A stretch of 63,968 bases of DNA, filler included, from Conidiobolus incongruus B7586 (lineage: Eukaryota): the NCBI GenBank assembly GCA_000697335.1. It is 15 parts of 15 records of this genome, joined end to end, with 100 filler letters (N's around TTAATTAATTAA, not from the genome) between each part and the next. Parts side by side here need not be neighbours in the genome. Positions count along the whole stretch, not along the records: positions 23,942 to 28,281 come from JNEM01000879.1; positions 28,382 to 32,660 come from JNEM01000880.1; positions 32,761 to 36,979 come from JNEM01000881.1; positions 37,080 to 41,141 come from JNEM01000882.1; positions 41,242 to 45,278 come from JNEM01000883.1; 10 more parts are not named here. One strand, given 5' to 3'. A program made the position numbers and the translations under genes. Below, in pieces: positions 27,480 through 41,548 of the stretch; the first letter of the stretch is position 1, and every line of letters begins with the position of its first letter. The notes under the pieces were generated by a model that saw nothing but the letters and a program-made list of their open reading frames with translations, made no database searches and was not told the origin of the DNA.

Positions 27480-30400
27480 TATTGTAGAACATGTATTTAG
27501 TATATATTTTGGAATTTTTTAAACAATATTTAAACTGAATGGAAAAATTTTGATAAATACTTTATGAATTTTCACTTTTCATTTCATGATAAAATAAACA
27601 AGTGAATTAAACGAAATTGTGTGAATTTTATAATTTTAAATGGGGTAGTACATTAGATGGTTAAAAATTATTTTAAACTATAGAATTACATTTAACAAGT
27701 GTATTGGATTGAGATATTGGTTGATAATGGTAAAACTAGTTTGGTTAATATTTAAAATTACGTTAATATCTCAATGGAATAAAAAATTACTGATAATTAT
27801 TGATTAAATAAGTTTTACTTAAATATTAAATATTCATTAGATTTGATACAAATCATTCAGCATTCAACAAAAATAATTGAAATTGTCAAATATTAGATAC
27901 AAATTAAGTAATGGCACAATTTTAAAATTAAAAATACATAAAATTATTAATATATGATTTAATATAATTTATACCCTCGTGTATTATTAATTACTCTTAA
28001 CTATTTTTTTAGCAAGCTTTTAATACTTAAAATATTTTTTTATCAAAAATCAAAATTTGATATTTATAAATTAATTTAATTTGTTTATAAGAGTAATTTT
28101 CCTATAACTTTTTATTACTTAAAGTAATTATATTTACATAAATTATAATCTAGTGAATATACTAGATATGGTATCTTTTTTAAACATTTTTTTATAAAAA
28201 AATTACTATAACTATATTTATTTATAATATTTATATATATTAATAAATATTTTTAATTTATATTAAAAAAATCATTTAGAANNNNNNNNNNNNNNNNNNN
28301 NNNNNNNNNNNNNNNNNNNNNNNNNTTAATTAATTAANNNNNNNNNNNNNNNNNNNNNNNNNNNNNNNNNNNNNNNNNNNNAATTTATATAATAATATAT
28401 TCATAAAATTGAAATTAAACAAACAAAATTATAACCTTATTATAAAATTATTTTTTGTAGAATTTGAGACTTTATGACATCATATTTTTTAGATTCTTGC
28501 AAAGAGATTTCAAGTATAGCTATAATTAAATAATATAACTAATTATTATTATATAATTCATAAATCACTAATATAATAGTTAAAATTATTTTTCATGATA
28601 GGTTATGATAAAGAAATAATAAAGATCGGCTGCTAATATTAATGTTTTATATTAATATAATATTCAATAATTCTGATTTCAAAATATCTAAAATATTCTA
28701 AATTATTAAAAGTAATATTGTGATTAGTTAGTTGAAAAAAAAATTATTAAAATAAATTATAATTTAATTGATAATTATTTATTAAATAATAATAATTTAC
28801 TAACCATTTTAATATTTGGATATTCAATATTAAAATTATATTATTTTTAAAACTTCAAAAGATTAAAATTGGTGTGAATTAAATTAAAATAGATAAATAA
28901 AATGAAATTTTATAGACTTTCTCCAGGTTGTATTGCCAATAGAAATTTTTTTAATATATTAAATTTAATCTTATATTATTATTTCTTACCATTTTTTAAC
29001 ATTAATGAAATAAGTTTGGAAGATCAATTCAAGCAAATCTAAAGACAATCAAAACGCGAGAGTGACAATGGACACTTAATCATAAAATATTAAAAATAAC
29101 ACATATTATTATATTCGTAACATAATATTATTAGTCTCATTAAATTGCTTGATTTAATAATGAGAAATTCATAAATTTAATACCTAAATTTAATGAAATA
29201 AATATTATGAATTATATATATATATATATATTAACAAATTTTAAAATAATCAAAAAATATTAATAAAATAAAATATTTAGTAATTTATCTCGTACTATAT
29301 TTTTTTAACAAATTACCAAATTTCATTTATCAAGTAATATCTTAGGAATTATATTATTATTTATAAATTTATATTCATATAAAAATGGAAACCTTATAAA
29401 GCTATTAATTAGGTTACATTTCACGATTTTAGTAGGTATGTTTATTCCATTCATGAAAATATTTCGGAATATCAAAGACATAAAAATTTAAATTCATTAA
29501 TTGATAAACAAATATATATTTAACGAGATCCAAGGTAAGATACGATTGAGTATTTTAATTTGCCAATATTCATACATTAGCTCTTCCTTATTATATGCAT
29601 AATTCAAACAATAAATTAACCACTTATTAACCTAATTGCATTATTTATCACTTACCAAAGAGATATCAAAATATTGACTTGCATAGATTTGAATTAAATT
29701 TTCAAACAACTTAAACTCATAATCAAGTTTGAAAAAAGGATTTTGATTTTGAAATTAAAGAATCCTAGCAACAGATTGATTTATTATTAATGATTTAATA
29801 TTGTGATAATCCCCTAATATTAAAACGTCCACCTTGTACAACTTATATAATTGAATAGCATTAATGTTGTAATATTATTTATGTCTTTTGTTTATAATTG
29901 ATATTTATTTTTTATATTAAATATGTTGATTAATACTCTTTTTGACATGAAATTAAAGAAAGAAATAATTTTATTTGTAGTAAATCAATATTATTTAAAA
30001 TAATTAATAATAAATAATATCAAATATAATAAATATTTTAATATTAATAAATCTTAATATCTTGAATAAATAATTAATAATCTACTTTTAATAAAATTTT
30101 ATTAGTTAAAAAAATTTAACATTGTAATAGAGGCTAAAATGAATACTCATTAACTCAGTGAATGTGATTCAATTTACCATAATAATTGTCATATTCAACT
30201 CTTAAATTATCTAAAAAAGGCATTAAGCGCAATATCGCATGTAAAAATCAACAAAAACTTAGTATTTAAATCATTATTCTCACAAAATTCAAAGTGTCCA
30301 TCAACAATCGTTATAAATATGATAAAATTGACTCAATTAAATTGAATCCAATGTTACAATTTTTAATTATAAATTAATTATCTTTAGTAATTTAAATGGA

Positions 30401-30545
30401 TTTCAATTAATCGAACTTTATTTATTAGGTTCTTAAATTATACCTTGATTCATAAATTTATGTGGATTTATTAATTGGTATTTATACTCTGATTATCTCT
30501 TTGAATTGACTGTACCTTGTGTTTATTTTCTTTTCAGATATTATA

Positions 30546-31481
30546 ATGGCCTCAAATGCGAGTCATTTTGACGAAACTGCAGCTGCTACAGTCCAATTGA
30601 TTTTATCTATATTAATAATATTTACAAATATACCTGTATTATATATCAGTATCACAAAAAGGCAGAGTGTGGGAGATGATGCTATACTCATATCAACAGT
30701 TTCCATTAATGATTTCTTGGTTGGGGTTGCAATGATGTCATATACAATATTCAAAATTATAACTCAATATCATATCAAAAGCAATAGCTTATTTTGCCAA
30801 TTGACAGCAATGGTTCATACTTCATTAAGTACTGGTATGTGTATTTCTGTCACTTCTTTAGCTGTGTATAGATATTTGGTATTTGTTAGATCAAAAAAAT
30901 TGAATATTAAATATTGGTCCATATTCCTAGGATTGACTACTATTTTAACTTATCTTCTAACAGGATTAGGTGCATATTTTAAAATATTTACCGTAATGCC
31001 CAGTCATGCATATTGTTTCCTCTACTATGATACCAATACTTACGGACTTGTGGTACTGTGGCTTGGTTTGATTGTTGCAACATTGGGATATCCTCTATTT
31101 TGTACATGTTATATTCTTATCTCCATTCATCAATATCATTTTATCAAGAGGATTCAATTGGAAAATGCTATGTATTTATCCAGAAAAGAACTCAAAAAAA
31201 TCCTTGTACACCAGAGATTGAAGGGGACTCTAAAAGTTTTAATTGCCAGTATGCTATTCGCTTTGGAGACTGGTCCACAATTAGTATGTTATTTACTTGC
31301 AGGAATTTTTGGATTTAATAGGGGTCCAAAGTTGGATATTATGGTTGACACAATGTTCAGATTAACCGCTTTGACAAATCCCTTATTTATTCTCATATTT
31401 CACTACGATTTCTGTTCAATATTCTCTAAAATGTTTTATGATAACTTTGGACCATTGCTACCATCTATATTAAAGCATTAA
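30546..31481 (+). CDS. Rhodopsin-like (class A-type) 7TM receptor 2 (311 aa)
   Basis: First ATG at 30546. FTNIP (N1.50), SIND (D2.50), CQLTA (C3.25), YRY (R3.50 at +25), ECL2 PSHAYC, TM5 TCY, TM6 ETGP and TM7 LTNPLF. Confidence 0.9.
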   Translation: MASNASHFDETAAATVQLILSILIIFTNIPVLYISITKRQSVGDDAILISTVSINDFLVGVAMMSYTIFKIITQYHIKSNSLFCQLTAMVHTSLSTGMCISVTSLAVYRYLVFVRSKKLNIKYWSIFLGLTTILTYLLTGLGAYFKIFTVMPSHAYCFLYYDTNTYGLVVLWLGLIVATLGYPLFCTCYILISIHQYHFIKRIQLENAMYLSRKELKKILVHQRLKGTLKVLIASMLFALETGPQLVCYLLAGIFGFNRGPKLDIMVDTMFRLTALTNPLFILIFHYDFCSIFSKMFYDNFGPLLPSILKH

Positions 31482-32118
31482 CCTATTTAACCAATAAATA
31501 TTAATTATTAATTTCATGCATACTACAATTGAAAGTGGTGTTATTTTGTGCAGTTTATTTTTAATTCATTTAATTAATACAATCTCAAATAATTACTTAA
31601 AAAATCATAATGTAGATATATAAATTTGTCAAAAAAATTATATTAATATTAAAAATTGTGTTTTTGATATATAGTTTAGTTTAATTTAATTTTAAATAAT
31701 GACAATTTTATAAAGATAAAATTGTTAGAAATGTATAAATTTTGAATTATTATTAATTCATAAATAATTACTTGATCATATTACTTGAGCATTTATTCCA
31801 ATTTTATGTTAGCCACTATATTTGTAAATAAAATAAATTATTATCATTTGATATTTTTGAACAATTTGATCGAAAACCAAATCAATTCTAGCATAAGTAA
31901 TTATGTGATATCCTAATTAGTAAATTATTTCCTATTATAGAATATTATTCAATAAAGACTGATAAAATTTCAAATTTATGTAAATTTTAAAAATTTAACA
32001 AAATGTTATTATATATATAATATGATAGTTATATAATATTAAAAAAATTCTGAATTATTAATATCAAAATAAATTTGATTGCAATTGAGATATTTTTAAC
32101 TAAATTATATATATATTG

Positions 32119-32340
32119 TTATTAAGAGATTATTTTTTAAAATACTTATTTATAAATCTATATAATTAATTTAAATTTAGATTAATAAAATAATTTATAT
32201 TATTAAAGTTAATTAAATATATAATATTGGTTTAACGATTAAACATGGTTTTTTTCTCTCTTAATTTTTATTATTTTTTAATTCTAATCACTTTTTAAGA
32301 TTAAAATAATATTTATCCAAATTATATTATATTGACATTA
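32119..32340 (+). repeat. Dispersed AT-rich repeat, copy B
   Basis: Collinear by eye with 40417-40608 (+) and 24385-24591 (-). Confidence 0.6.
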
Positions 32341-35300
32341 TTTTTATATAAAATAAAATATATGTATATTGATTCATTTGTTGAAAAAACCTAAATAATT
32401 TTTGTTTACTAATATATTAACTTAATTCATAGATATTATATTAAGTCTTGCTTTGTATTAAATTGGTTTTATTACCATTATTCTTATTAAATTATTATTA
32501 TTTCAGATTTAATATTATTTTTTAAGGAGAATTTATTAATTATTTAAATTATTAACTTTATAAAATTTTTTACCTAATATATCATAAGATAAAACATTAT
32601 AATTAAATTATTTAAATTTGAGCATAATTTTTAAATTTAATAATAATTAATTATAATAATNNNNNNNNNNNNNNNNNNNNNNNNNNNNNNNNNNNNNNNN
32701 NNNNTTAATTAATTAANNNNNNNNNNNNNNNNNNNNNNNNNNNNNNNNNNNNNNNNNNNNAAAATATTTATAATAATATAAATTGTAATTTGGTGAATAT
32801 ACCAAATATAATAAAGTTTTAAAAATATTTATAAAAAATTATCTATATTTCTAGCTTTATTTGGTATTTATTTAAAATAATATATATTTTTAAATTATAT
32901 AAAAATATTAATAAAAGATAATTTAATATAAAAAATAATATTAAGTTTATAATTAATTGAATTTTTTTCTAGGATTAAATTAAAATAAGATCTAATATTT
33001 TAATTAGCTTTAATAATTAATATTAACTAATAAATAAAATAAATATTTATATAAACTTGTAAAAAGTTTAATTTTGGTATATATTAGTTTTTGATATATA
33101 TTTTAGGCAATATTTTTATAAAAGGATTTATAAATAATTATAAAAATTCAATATAAAAGATTTGGTTTCTAGTTATACCTTAATAGGTTTTATTTAACTA
33201 TAGTTACCTGAGCTTTTTTAAGCTTTAATCAATTTATAAAGATTATATTTTTATAGTTTCATTAATTAATCTAAGCTAAAATTTAATATAGATAATATAT
33301 TTATAAATTAAATATTAAATATTTTAATAGTTTTAATTAAATAAAAATTAAAATTAACTTTTTATATTTTACAAAATATTTAAATTATTTCTCTGTTAGC
33401 TATAAAAAATTTATATAATCATAAATAATTAATTCATATAAAGTATCCTTTTTATAAAATATTTGTAAATTTTAAGTTTTAAAAAATATTTGGTTAAATT
33501 TTATCAATACTAAAATAAATGATTTTGATGGTTATTATTTATATATGATTAAATTAAACAATAAATTTTCAAAATTAATTATTTAAAGCAAAAATATTTT
33601 ATATCTAAATATTTTTTATTTTTTATATAATTTTTACTGAAATTAATAATTTATTTTAAAAATCATAATTAAGAAATTATCCATTTTGTGGATTTTGAGG
33701 TAAATATGACTAAAATTTAATAAAATGGTTATTATTATTAATAACTATTTTAAACAATCAAAACTGTATTATTAATTTGCAAGCTACTTCACTAGTAATA
33801 TTAGGTGATTTTTGACCATTTTAATATAGTTGTGGACACACTCCATTCATGATCATAATTGCTACCAGTAATAAATAATATTTACTAAATCCTCCTGTAT
33901 ACTAAATTAATTGAGATTTTTTCCAACAATAGTTATGAACTTCTTGATCCTATCTAATTAAAAGTAATAGTTAGCTGATCGGCCAAAATTCCTACTTGAT
34001 TAGATTTTTTAAGAGATTGAATAAACGTGTAAGAGGTAAAACATATAGTTATATATTTAATTATGGGTAAAAGCAATTTCAAATCAAAATTACATGATAT
34101 TCATCGTTTTATAGTAATCTACAATTTGAGATTTGAAAGTTAATATATGAATATATCTCAACAAGCAGATAATCAACAAAAGAAATAGCAGTGCAAACAT
34201 GGATTTATAGCTCTTGAGGAAATACTGAAAATAAAAAATACCTGAAATTTGACTTGAAAATAGTTTCAATTTTAAAATTTTCTAAAAAATCAACTCATTT
34301 TGAAATTTTAGATGTAGTTTAATATATCAAATAAATAATACGCTTAATTAAAATAGATTTCAACATTAAAGGCAATATTTAAGGGATATATTTTAGTTTT
34401 TATAAAAAATCATTCTATATCATTTTAAAATAGATTGTAAATTTGTTTAATATTTCAATATACACCATATAAAATTAATAATTCTAATTGATGAAATGCA
34501 AAATTACATTAAAAGGGGGTTTGAAGATAATTGAGACCTACTGCGTATTGAATCATGACCACATTTGTCCAAATATAAACAATATTACTATTTAAAATAT
34601 ACAATTATCCAATATTTTAAGAAAAATTTTAACCCAATTTGAAATTTAAATGTCTAATTATTTATTATTTTACATAAGTTATTATAATAATACAATTTTG
34701 GTGTATAATTTACTGCGTTTTTTGTTCCTCAAATGGAACTAATGATAATTCTCTAATTTATTAATTAATATATTTTGAATTTATAATTAGGCATTATACC
34801 CAGTATTAAATTTTGATTTATAAGATATATCTTTGTAAAATATATATTACCTCAATAGCTCAAATTATTAGAGTGTCGTAATGGATGTATTTGAATCTAT
34901 ATAACTCGAGTTCAAATTTGTTAATATTTAGTATATATATATTTTTAACTTTTTTTACTGAATGATAATAATAAAACCTTAAGATTTAGTTGTAATATTA
35001 TTTTTATTTCCCAAAAGTTGATTTGATTGAATATAAAATATATCCTCTTTCAAATAATTAAGTATATTAGATTTAATAGATGAATCATAATTATCTTTCA
35101 TAATATTAAAAAAATATTATTATTTTATATTAAATAAGTCCAAATTTAGTTATATACTCTATCTTTTTGTACATAAAATTATTTTAATAGTAAATTTTGC
35201 CAATTTGATATGATATAACACTCGAAAATCGAAATAACTAATATTTACCTAATTTAGGTCAAATTACTTTTATTTGAGTATCAAACTTGAATACAAGGAA

Positions 35301-38297
35301 AAATTTTCATCCCCCAGCAAATATTCAATATAGGATATATTTAATGTCATTTTTTTTGATAAATTGAACCTGGCTAGAATAGTTACAATTTTTCAAATTT
35401 TATTTATTTATTAACATAAATTTTAATTAAATTTATAATTATTATATACAATTTATAGCATAATTAGAATATAATGAAGATTGTATTACTATTCTATATT
35501 GCTTACTATTTAATATTTATAATAAATTGTTTTCTTTCTCCAATAGTAAGTTTTCATTCAAAAATATTTCATCATTAATCCAATATTTTTTGAGAAATTA
35601 TCATTATTTAAAAACTCGTTAAATAGAATATAATCATAATATTTAGTTATTACATTTAATTCAATATTATTTATGATTTTTATATTTATTAATAATATGG
35701 CGTTTCAAAATAAGTATAACTGATAACTTCTACCCTCAGGAATGATTGTGACAATTGAAGGAGATTTTGAACATCAGGTATTTATATCGATAAAATATGG
35801 AATATAAATCATTAAAATCAAGCGTTTTTAATATATATATATATATATATTGTTGAAAAAAGGCTTAAAGTACTATATAATATAATATAATATGATATCA
35901 AAGACAGGGACAGAATTTTTTTTAAATTTTATAAATCGGAGAGAGAAACCTGTATTTTTTGTTGAATTTTGACAAGATACTAAATTTGTTCCTTATGAAA
36001 TATATAATTAAAGATAATAATATAATTTGAATTGTTTTATTGAATAAACTATCCATGCAATTATTAACACAGTTTTACAATTAATTGTGAAAAATTAATA
36101 TATTTAAAGAATCATTTACTATTTAAGGTATATTGTAAATTAAAATTGTAAAATGGAATTTGTCCAGTGTGAAGCTTAAACCTACATAAATTCAATTTAA
36201 TTATTAATAGAAATTTCAGTAACGACAATGTTATAAAGTAGTTATCATAGTTCAAAAAAAATGAAACAAGTATTATATTCATAAAAATATTGGTTAATTA
36301 TTTATGGACAAATCTAAAATTATATTTTTACTCAAAATAATATCTTTTAACAATATTGATATCATTAAAACTTGAATTTTTGTGAATTATTTTCAAATTA
36401 TTTTGATTCTTATATATTTTATTTGAATGAAGTTTGATTATCAAATATTTAATCTTAAACATTGTATAATTTTGGAATTGTTAAATATTTATTTAAAAAA
36501 GAGTTTTTAATTTTTATAATTTATATAATTGATAATTATAAAAAATTTCTAAATTTATTTGAATTATAAAACAAAATATTAATTGATTTAATTAAAAGAA
36601 TAATTTCACTGTTGATAATGTTTATTTTTTTTTATTAATTTAATTTTATTCAGAATTTTTGCATCATTGAGTTAAATCTAAATAAATTTATTTTTGATTA
36701 TCAGGTTTAAGATAAATAATAACAAATATTCAAATATTATACATCTTGAAATTTAGTAATTAGATTATAAATACTATAAAGAATAATATTTCTTTTATAA
36801 AATTTTTTTCTAAAAAGTTTATTTTTGATTATTTCCAATATAACTCAAATAAAAAAATTTCAATTTATAATTAAGAAATTTTTATTAATTATTTTTTGAT
36901 TAAAAAAATACTAATTTTTAATTTCTGATTTTTAAATATATTGATAGATTTAAAACAAATTAAATATTAAAATATATTANNNNNNNNNNNNNNNNNNNNN
37001 NNNNNNNNNNNNNNNNNNNNNNNTTAATTAATTAANNNNNNNNNNNNNNNNNNNNNNNNNNNNNNNNNNNNNNNNNNNNATATAAAATATTAAGTTTTAA
37101 TTTTTAAAAAAACTATTTTTTAAAGGTTAGAAATTAGTTCAATATATAATAATAATATTATTAAAATTAAAGAAGAGAACTGATTTAATAAAATATACTT
37201 ATTATTGTAATTTATATACTAGGATGTTTAATTATTTTTTATCTCAAAAAAGCCTGATCATTAAAAATCCCAATTAATATTAATTAATATATTGAATTAA
37301 ATAATTTCAATATAATTTATGAATACAATTAAAAAGTAAAATAATTATCAATATTATGAAATAAAATGATAATATTTAGCTTTTAATCATGGTTTTCACT
37401 ATATTAGAGTTTTAAGATCTTATATAATAAAAGATATTAATTTTTATACAACTAAGGATTGGTATTTTATACTGATATAACAATTTTATTTTCTAGGATA
37501 ATTTTGAGTTTCTATCTAAATTTAAAATAAATCTTTTAATTTATTAACAATATTAAATAATCTGTATTATTGATTTTAATAGTCAAAATAAAATATATTA
37601 TGATATATTAAACTGGTTAAAACTACAATATGTCATATAGTATACCTGGTAAATACTTCAAAATAAGGAATTTGATTTGAATTTATTAGTTCGATTCGAA
37701 TACATAGTATTGAACCAATACCTGCTTACGTCTCAATATTAAACATATATTTGAATACTAATTCCGTTTATTTTGATAGTTTATCCTATAAAATGTGGCA
37801 GTTTGTTTTTTCAGCTTATACTTAATCAATGAATTTAATTTATCTTAAATTCTATCTAAATATTGAATAATATTTTAGACTAAAATAAATATGTATACAA
37901 ATAATTATTTTTTATTCAAATGGTTTATAAAAATAGTGTATGATATTTTTATAATTTAGTATAGTTTAATACAATCTAATTAAATACATTTTGATATCTA
38001 CAAAAATTTGAGAATGAAGATATATAGTACCTTATCAGTTGATAAATTATTTACTCATCTAATTATTTCAAATCTTGCTATACTTAACAGTCCCGTTTTA
38101 AAGTATAAAAATACATTGATATAAAAATTACTATTTAATCAGATTGAATTTAAATCATATCAATAATAAAATTTACATGTGAAAAAATAACTAGTACTTA
38201 TTTTACTTAATATCTTTTTTCTGATTTAACCAAAATATCTCAAATTAATCAAAATAGATTTTATTTTTTTATTATAATTATAAAAAATTTTCAAAAA

Positions 38298-39577
38298 TTA
38301 AAATGGTTGAGCTTGATGTTTGACTTGAGGATTCTCAATATGTTTTTTAGATTGAATTAATTTCAAATCATATTTGATTAATTTAGCATTAGGATGGTCA
38401 TCTGAGACTTTGCAAACTTTAGCATACTCTAATGTAGTTTGGAGGATAGATTGCATAGTAGCAATGACCTTCTCACAACTTCTAGCAAGAGCACAATCAA
38501 TTGGTGATTCAGGGTTATCGGCCTTGGGACTTTCATGATGGTAGTGAGCTAATAATAAACTAGCAAAAACGTCACCTGTACCAATAAAAGAGGCGTCAAT
38601 TGAAGGGAACTTAATGCTAAAAGTCTTGGCAAGTTGATCTTTGGAGGATTTGGAGCTAGCGAATGTTTGCATGAAACCTTCTTTTTCATCGATATTGGAA
38701 CTGGTGATCACGATGTTGGGAATACCTTGAGCATGGAAATATTGAAATACAGATTTAATATCGTCTTTAGTTTTGATGGAAAGACCTGTTAATAATCTAA
38801 ATAATCATAAGGGTTAAATTTAATTAAAGAAATTGATATACTGATAATATATTACTCAGCTTCAGTTTGATTAGGAACGATAATATCAGCCAAAGGACAT
38901 AAAACATCCTTATAAACTGGTACAGATTCCAAAGGTACATAAATACGACCATAGTCTCCCATAACTGGATCCATAACTAATTTCAAGTCAATTTTAAATT
39001 GAATGTAATATATCAATTACAATATTTACCAAAAGTTAAATTAGGATTAATCTGTTTTAATTTTTGAACAATTTCAGCAATGACTCTTAAACTATCAGGA
39101 TTTCCAATATAACCTAATTGATTATATTAAACATACTGAATAATAAAATATTATAAAAACCGAATATACCAGTGATTAAATGCGTAAAGTCCAGAAGGTC
39201 ATTCTCTTCTAAACCTTGGAAAACTGTGCGTAAATCTTCGGGAGCTAATTTAGTTCCTTTGACTACTTTATATGCTAAATAAAAATACAATATTAATATA
39301 ATATCAATATAATTATTTTTTTTAGTTATATGGTATCCATCAAATTTATAATATTAATATCATCATCACATAAACTGATGTATTACCTGTGCTAGTACAA
39401 AATTGAACAGTATTAATAGGACTTACATCAAACCCCAAAGTTTGTAGAGGAAAGACAGCGGATTTATTACCTGAAATACAGTAAATAAAAAATTTAAATT
39501 ATTATAAATATTATGATATTACCAACGTAACCAGATACAACATGAGATTGAATTGATAAAACTTTGGGGTATTCCAT
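38298..39577 (-). CDS. PDXK: Pyridoxal kinase (PfkB/ribokinase fold; PDXK/Bud16-like), 315 aa, 6 exons
   Basis: Exons 39577-39523, 39470-39387, 39274-39170, 39113-39030, 38976-38856 and 38796-38298. Five GT-AG introns (52, 112, 56, 53 and 59 nt) keep the frame. Motifs: [59 protein letters not shown]. Confidence 0.96.
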
Positions 39578-40416
39578 TTTAATTTTTAAATAATATTATA
39601 ATGATTTAAATTATATTAATTTGAAATTTCAGTCATCTTAATATATACATATTAAGATTAGAGTATTTATGGGATTTAAGATGTATTATTAATGCATATT
39701 ATCAACTTTGGATAAATAAATGGTTTAATTAAAATCATAATGAATTAAGGATAATTTTATTTTTTTATTGCCTATTTTATTATATATCATGAATTATTAA
39801 TAAATTTATACATTAGTCATTATTTATTTTTGAAATTGTATTTTGAGAAAAAACCAAGATTTTGTAATATGCCAATATGTTTTATGAACAATATGAAATG
39901 TCGGAATATTAATGTGAGTTAATATAGCTTGTTTAACATTCAAATTATAAAAATAAATATACCTATATTATTATTAAATTCAAAAAATTCCAATAAATAT
40001 TAATATAGGAATAAACTAATTTTATTTTAGATTAATAGTTTTATTATTTGGCAATCATATTTTCTAATCTTGAAATATTAATAGCATTAATATTATATTT
40101 AAATATTGAATATATTTTTATAATTATAATAATATTTAAATCCTGATAAAGCCATTAAAATTCAATTAGAAATACTATTATTAATTGAATTTTATAAAAT
40201 GGAATACTCTTGTCAATTACTCAATAAATTACAATTAACACACCAAATCAACAATTTACTTTATAAGTAATTCTTTTTATAAAATGATAGATTTTATTGC
40301 TATTTAGAGAAACTTGCTTTTATCTATTAAATTTAATAATAGTATTTAATATAATATTATTAAATAATAATCTTATTTGTAAAATGTATCATTTTTAAGT
40401 TTTCCTATTATATTCT

Positions 40417-40608
40417 ATTAAGAGACTAGTTTTGAAATTCTTATATATAGCTTTATATCATTGATTATACTCTATATTAATCAAGTAATTTATAATTTTA
40501 AAGTTAATTTAATTATATAAATAATATTAATTTAGCTGATAAATATAGTTTTTATTTTATTCTTAAGATTGAGACTATATTTATTGATATATTATTATAT
40601 TGATGTTA
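40417..40608 (+). repeat. Dispersed AT-rich repeat, copy C
   Basis: ATTAAGAGACTAGTTTTGAAATTCTTATATATA...TAATTTATAATTTTAAAGTTAA...TATATAAATAATATTAA...TTAAGATTGAGACTATATTT matches copies A and B in order and spacing. Confidence 0.65.
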
Positions 40609-41548
40609 TATAATATAATTTCTAATATATATAAGATAATTTATTTATTTATAAAGCTTTAATAAACTATATTTATAGTTATATTAATTTGCCATGTGGA
40701 TATTAAATTAAGCCTTTATCTATATTATAATGATTTTATTATCAAATACAAATATATATTTACAAATAGTATTAAGTTATTATAAATATGAAATATTTAT
40801 ATTTTTAAAAAACCTAATTTATAAAAAGCTATTTTAAACTTATTTGGTGAAACCTATTTATATCCTATAATTCTATGGTAAACTTTTATATATTATTGAA
40901 AATTCCCTATTTAAATTTTAAAAGTTTCTTTCTTCCTATATTTATAATTATAATTTTAATATGATAATGAATTCAGAAAATTCCAAATCCTTTTCATTTT
41001 AAGATATAATTTCTTTATTATATATATTATAAAATAATAGATAAATTTATATAACATAATTATATAACATAATAAATATAATAAGAAATATTTTATTATC
41101 TAATATATTAATAAAAAATTAAAGATATTATAAAATTTTCANNNNNNNNNNNNNNNNNNNNNNNNNNNNNNNNNNNNNNNNNNNNTTAATTAATTAANNN
41201 NNNNNNNNNNNNNNNNNNNNNNNNNNNNNNNNNNNNNNNNNAATTTAATTATTATAATTAATATAGTATTGAGATATAATATTTAATTATAAGTTAATTA
41301 TGAAAAATAAATACAAAATTATATAGTTTAAAATATTTAACAAAAATAAATAATTTATAATTTTATATTATATCAATATATTATATAAAATTAAATTTTT
41401 AATAATAATTTAATAAGGAAAGAGGAAATTATTTTGTATTATTAAAATAAAATTTAATATCATTTAAAAATTAAAAATAAAAAAAATTTTTTATTATATT
41501 ATTGGTTGAAATAAAATAATAATAATAATAATTTAAATAAACAGGTCA

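Noticed and set aside
33780..34050. Possible LTR integrase zinc-finger remnant (YYW) on the minus strand in the gene-less contig 32761-36979
   Set aside because: Only a three-residue match amid many stops; no HHCC or DDE pattern.
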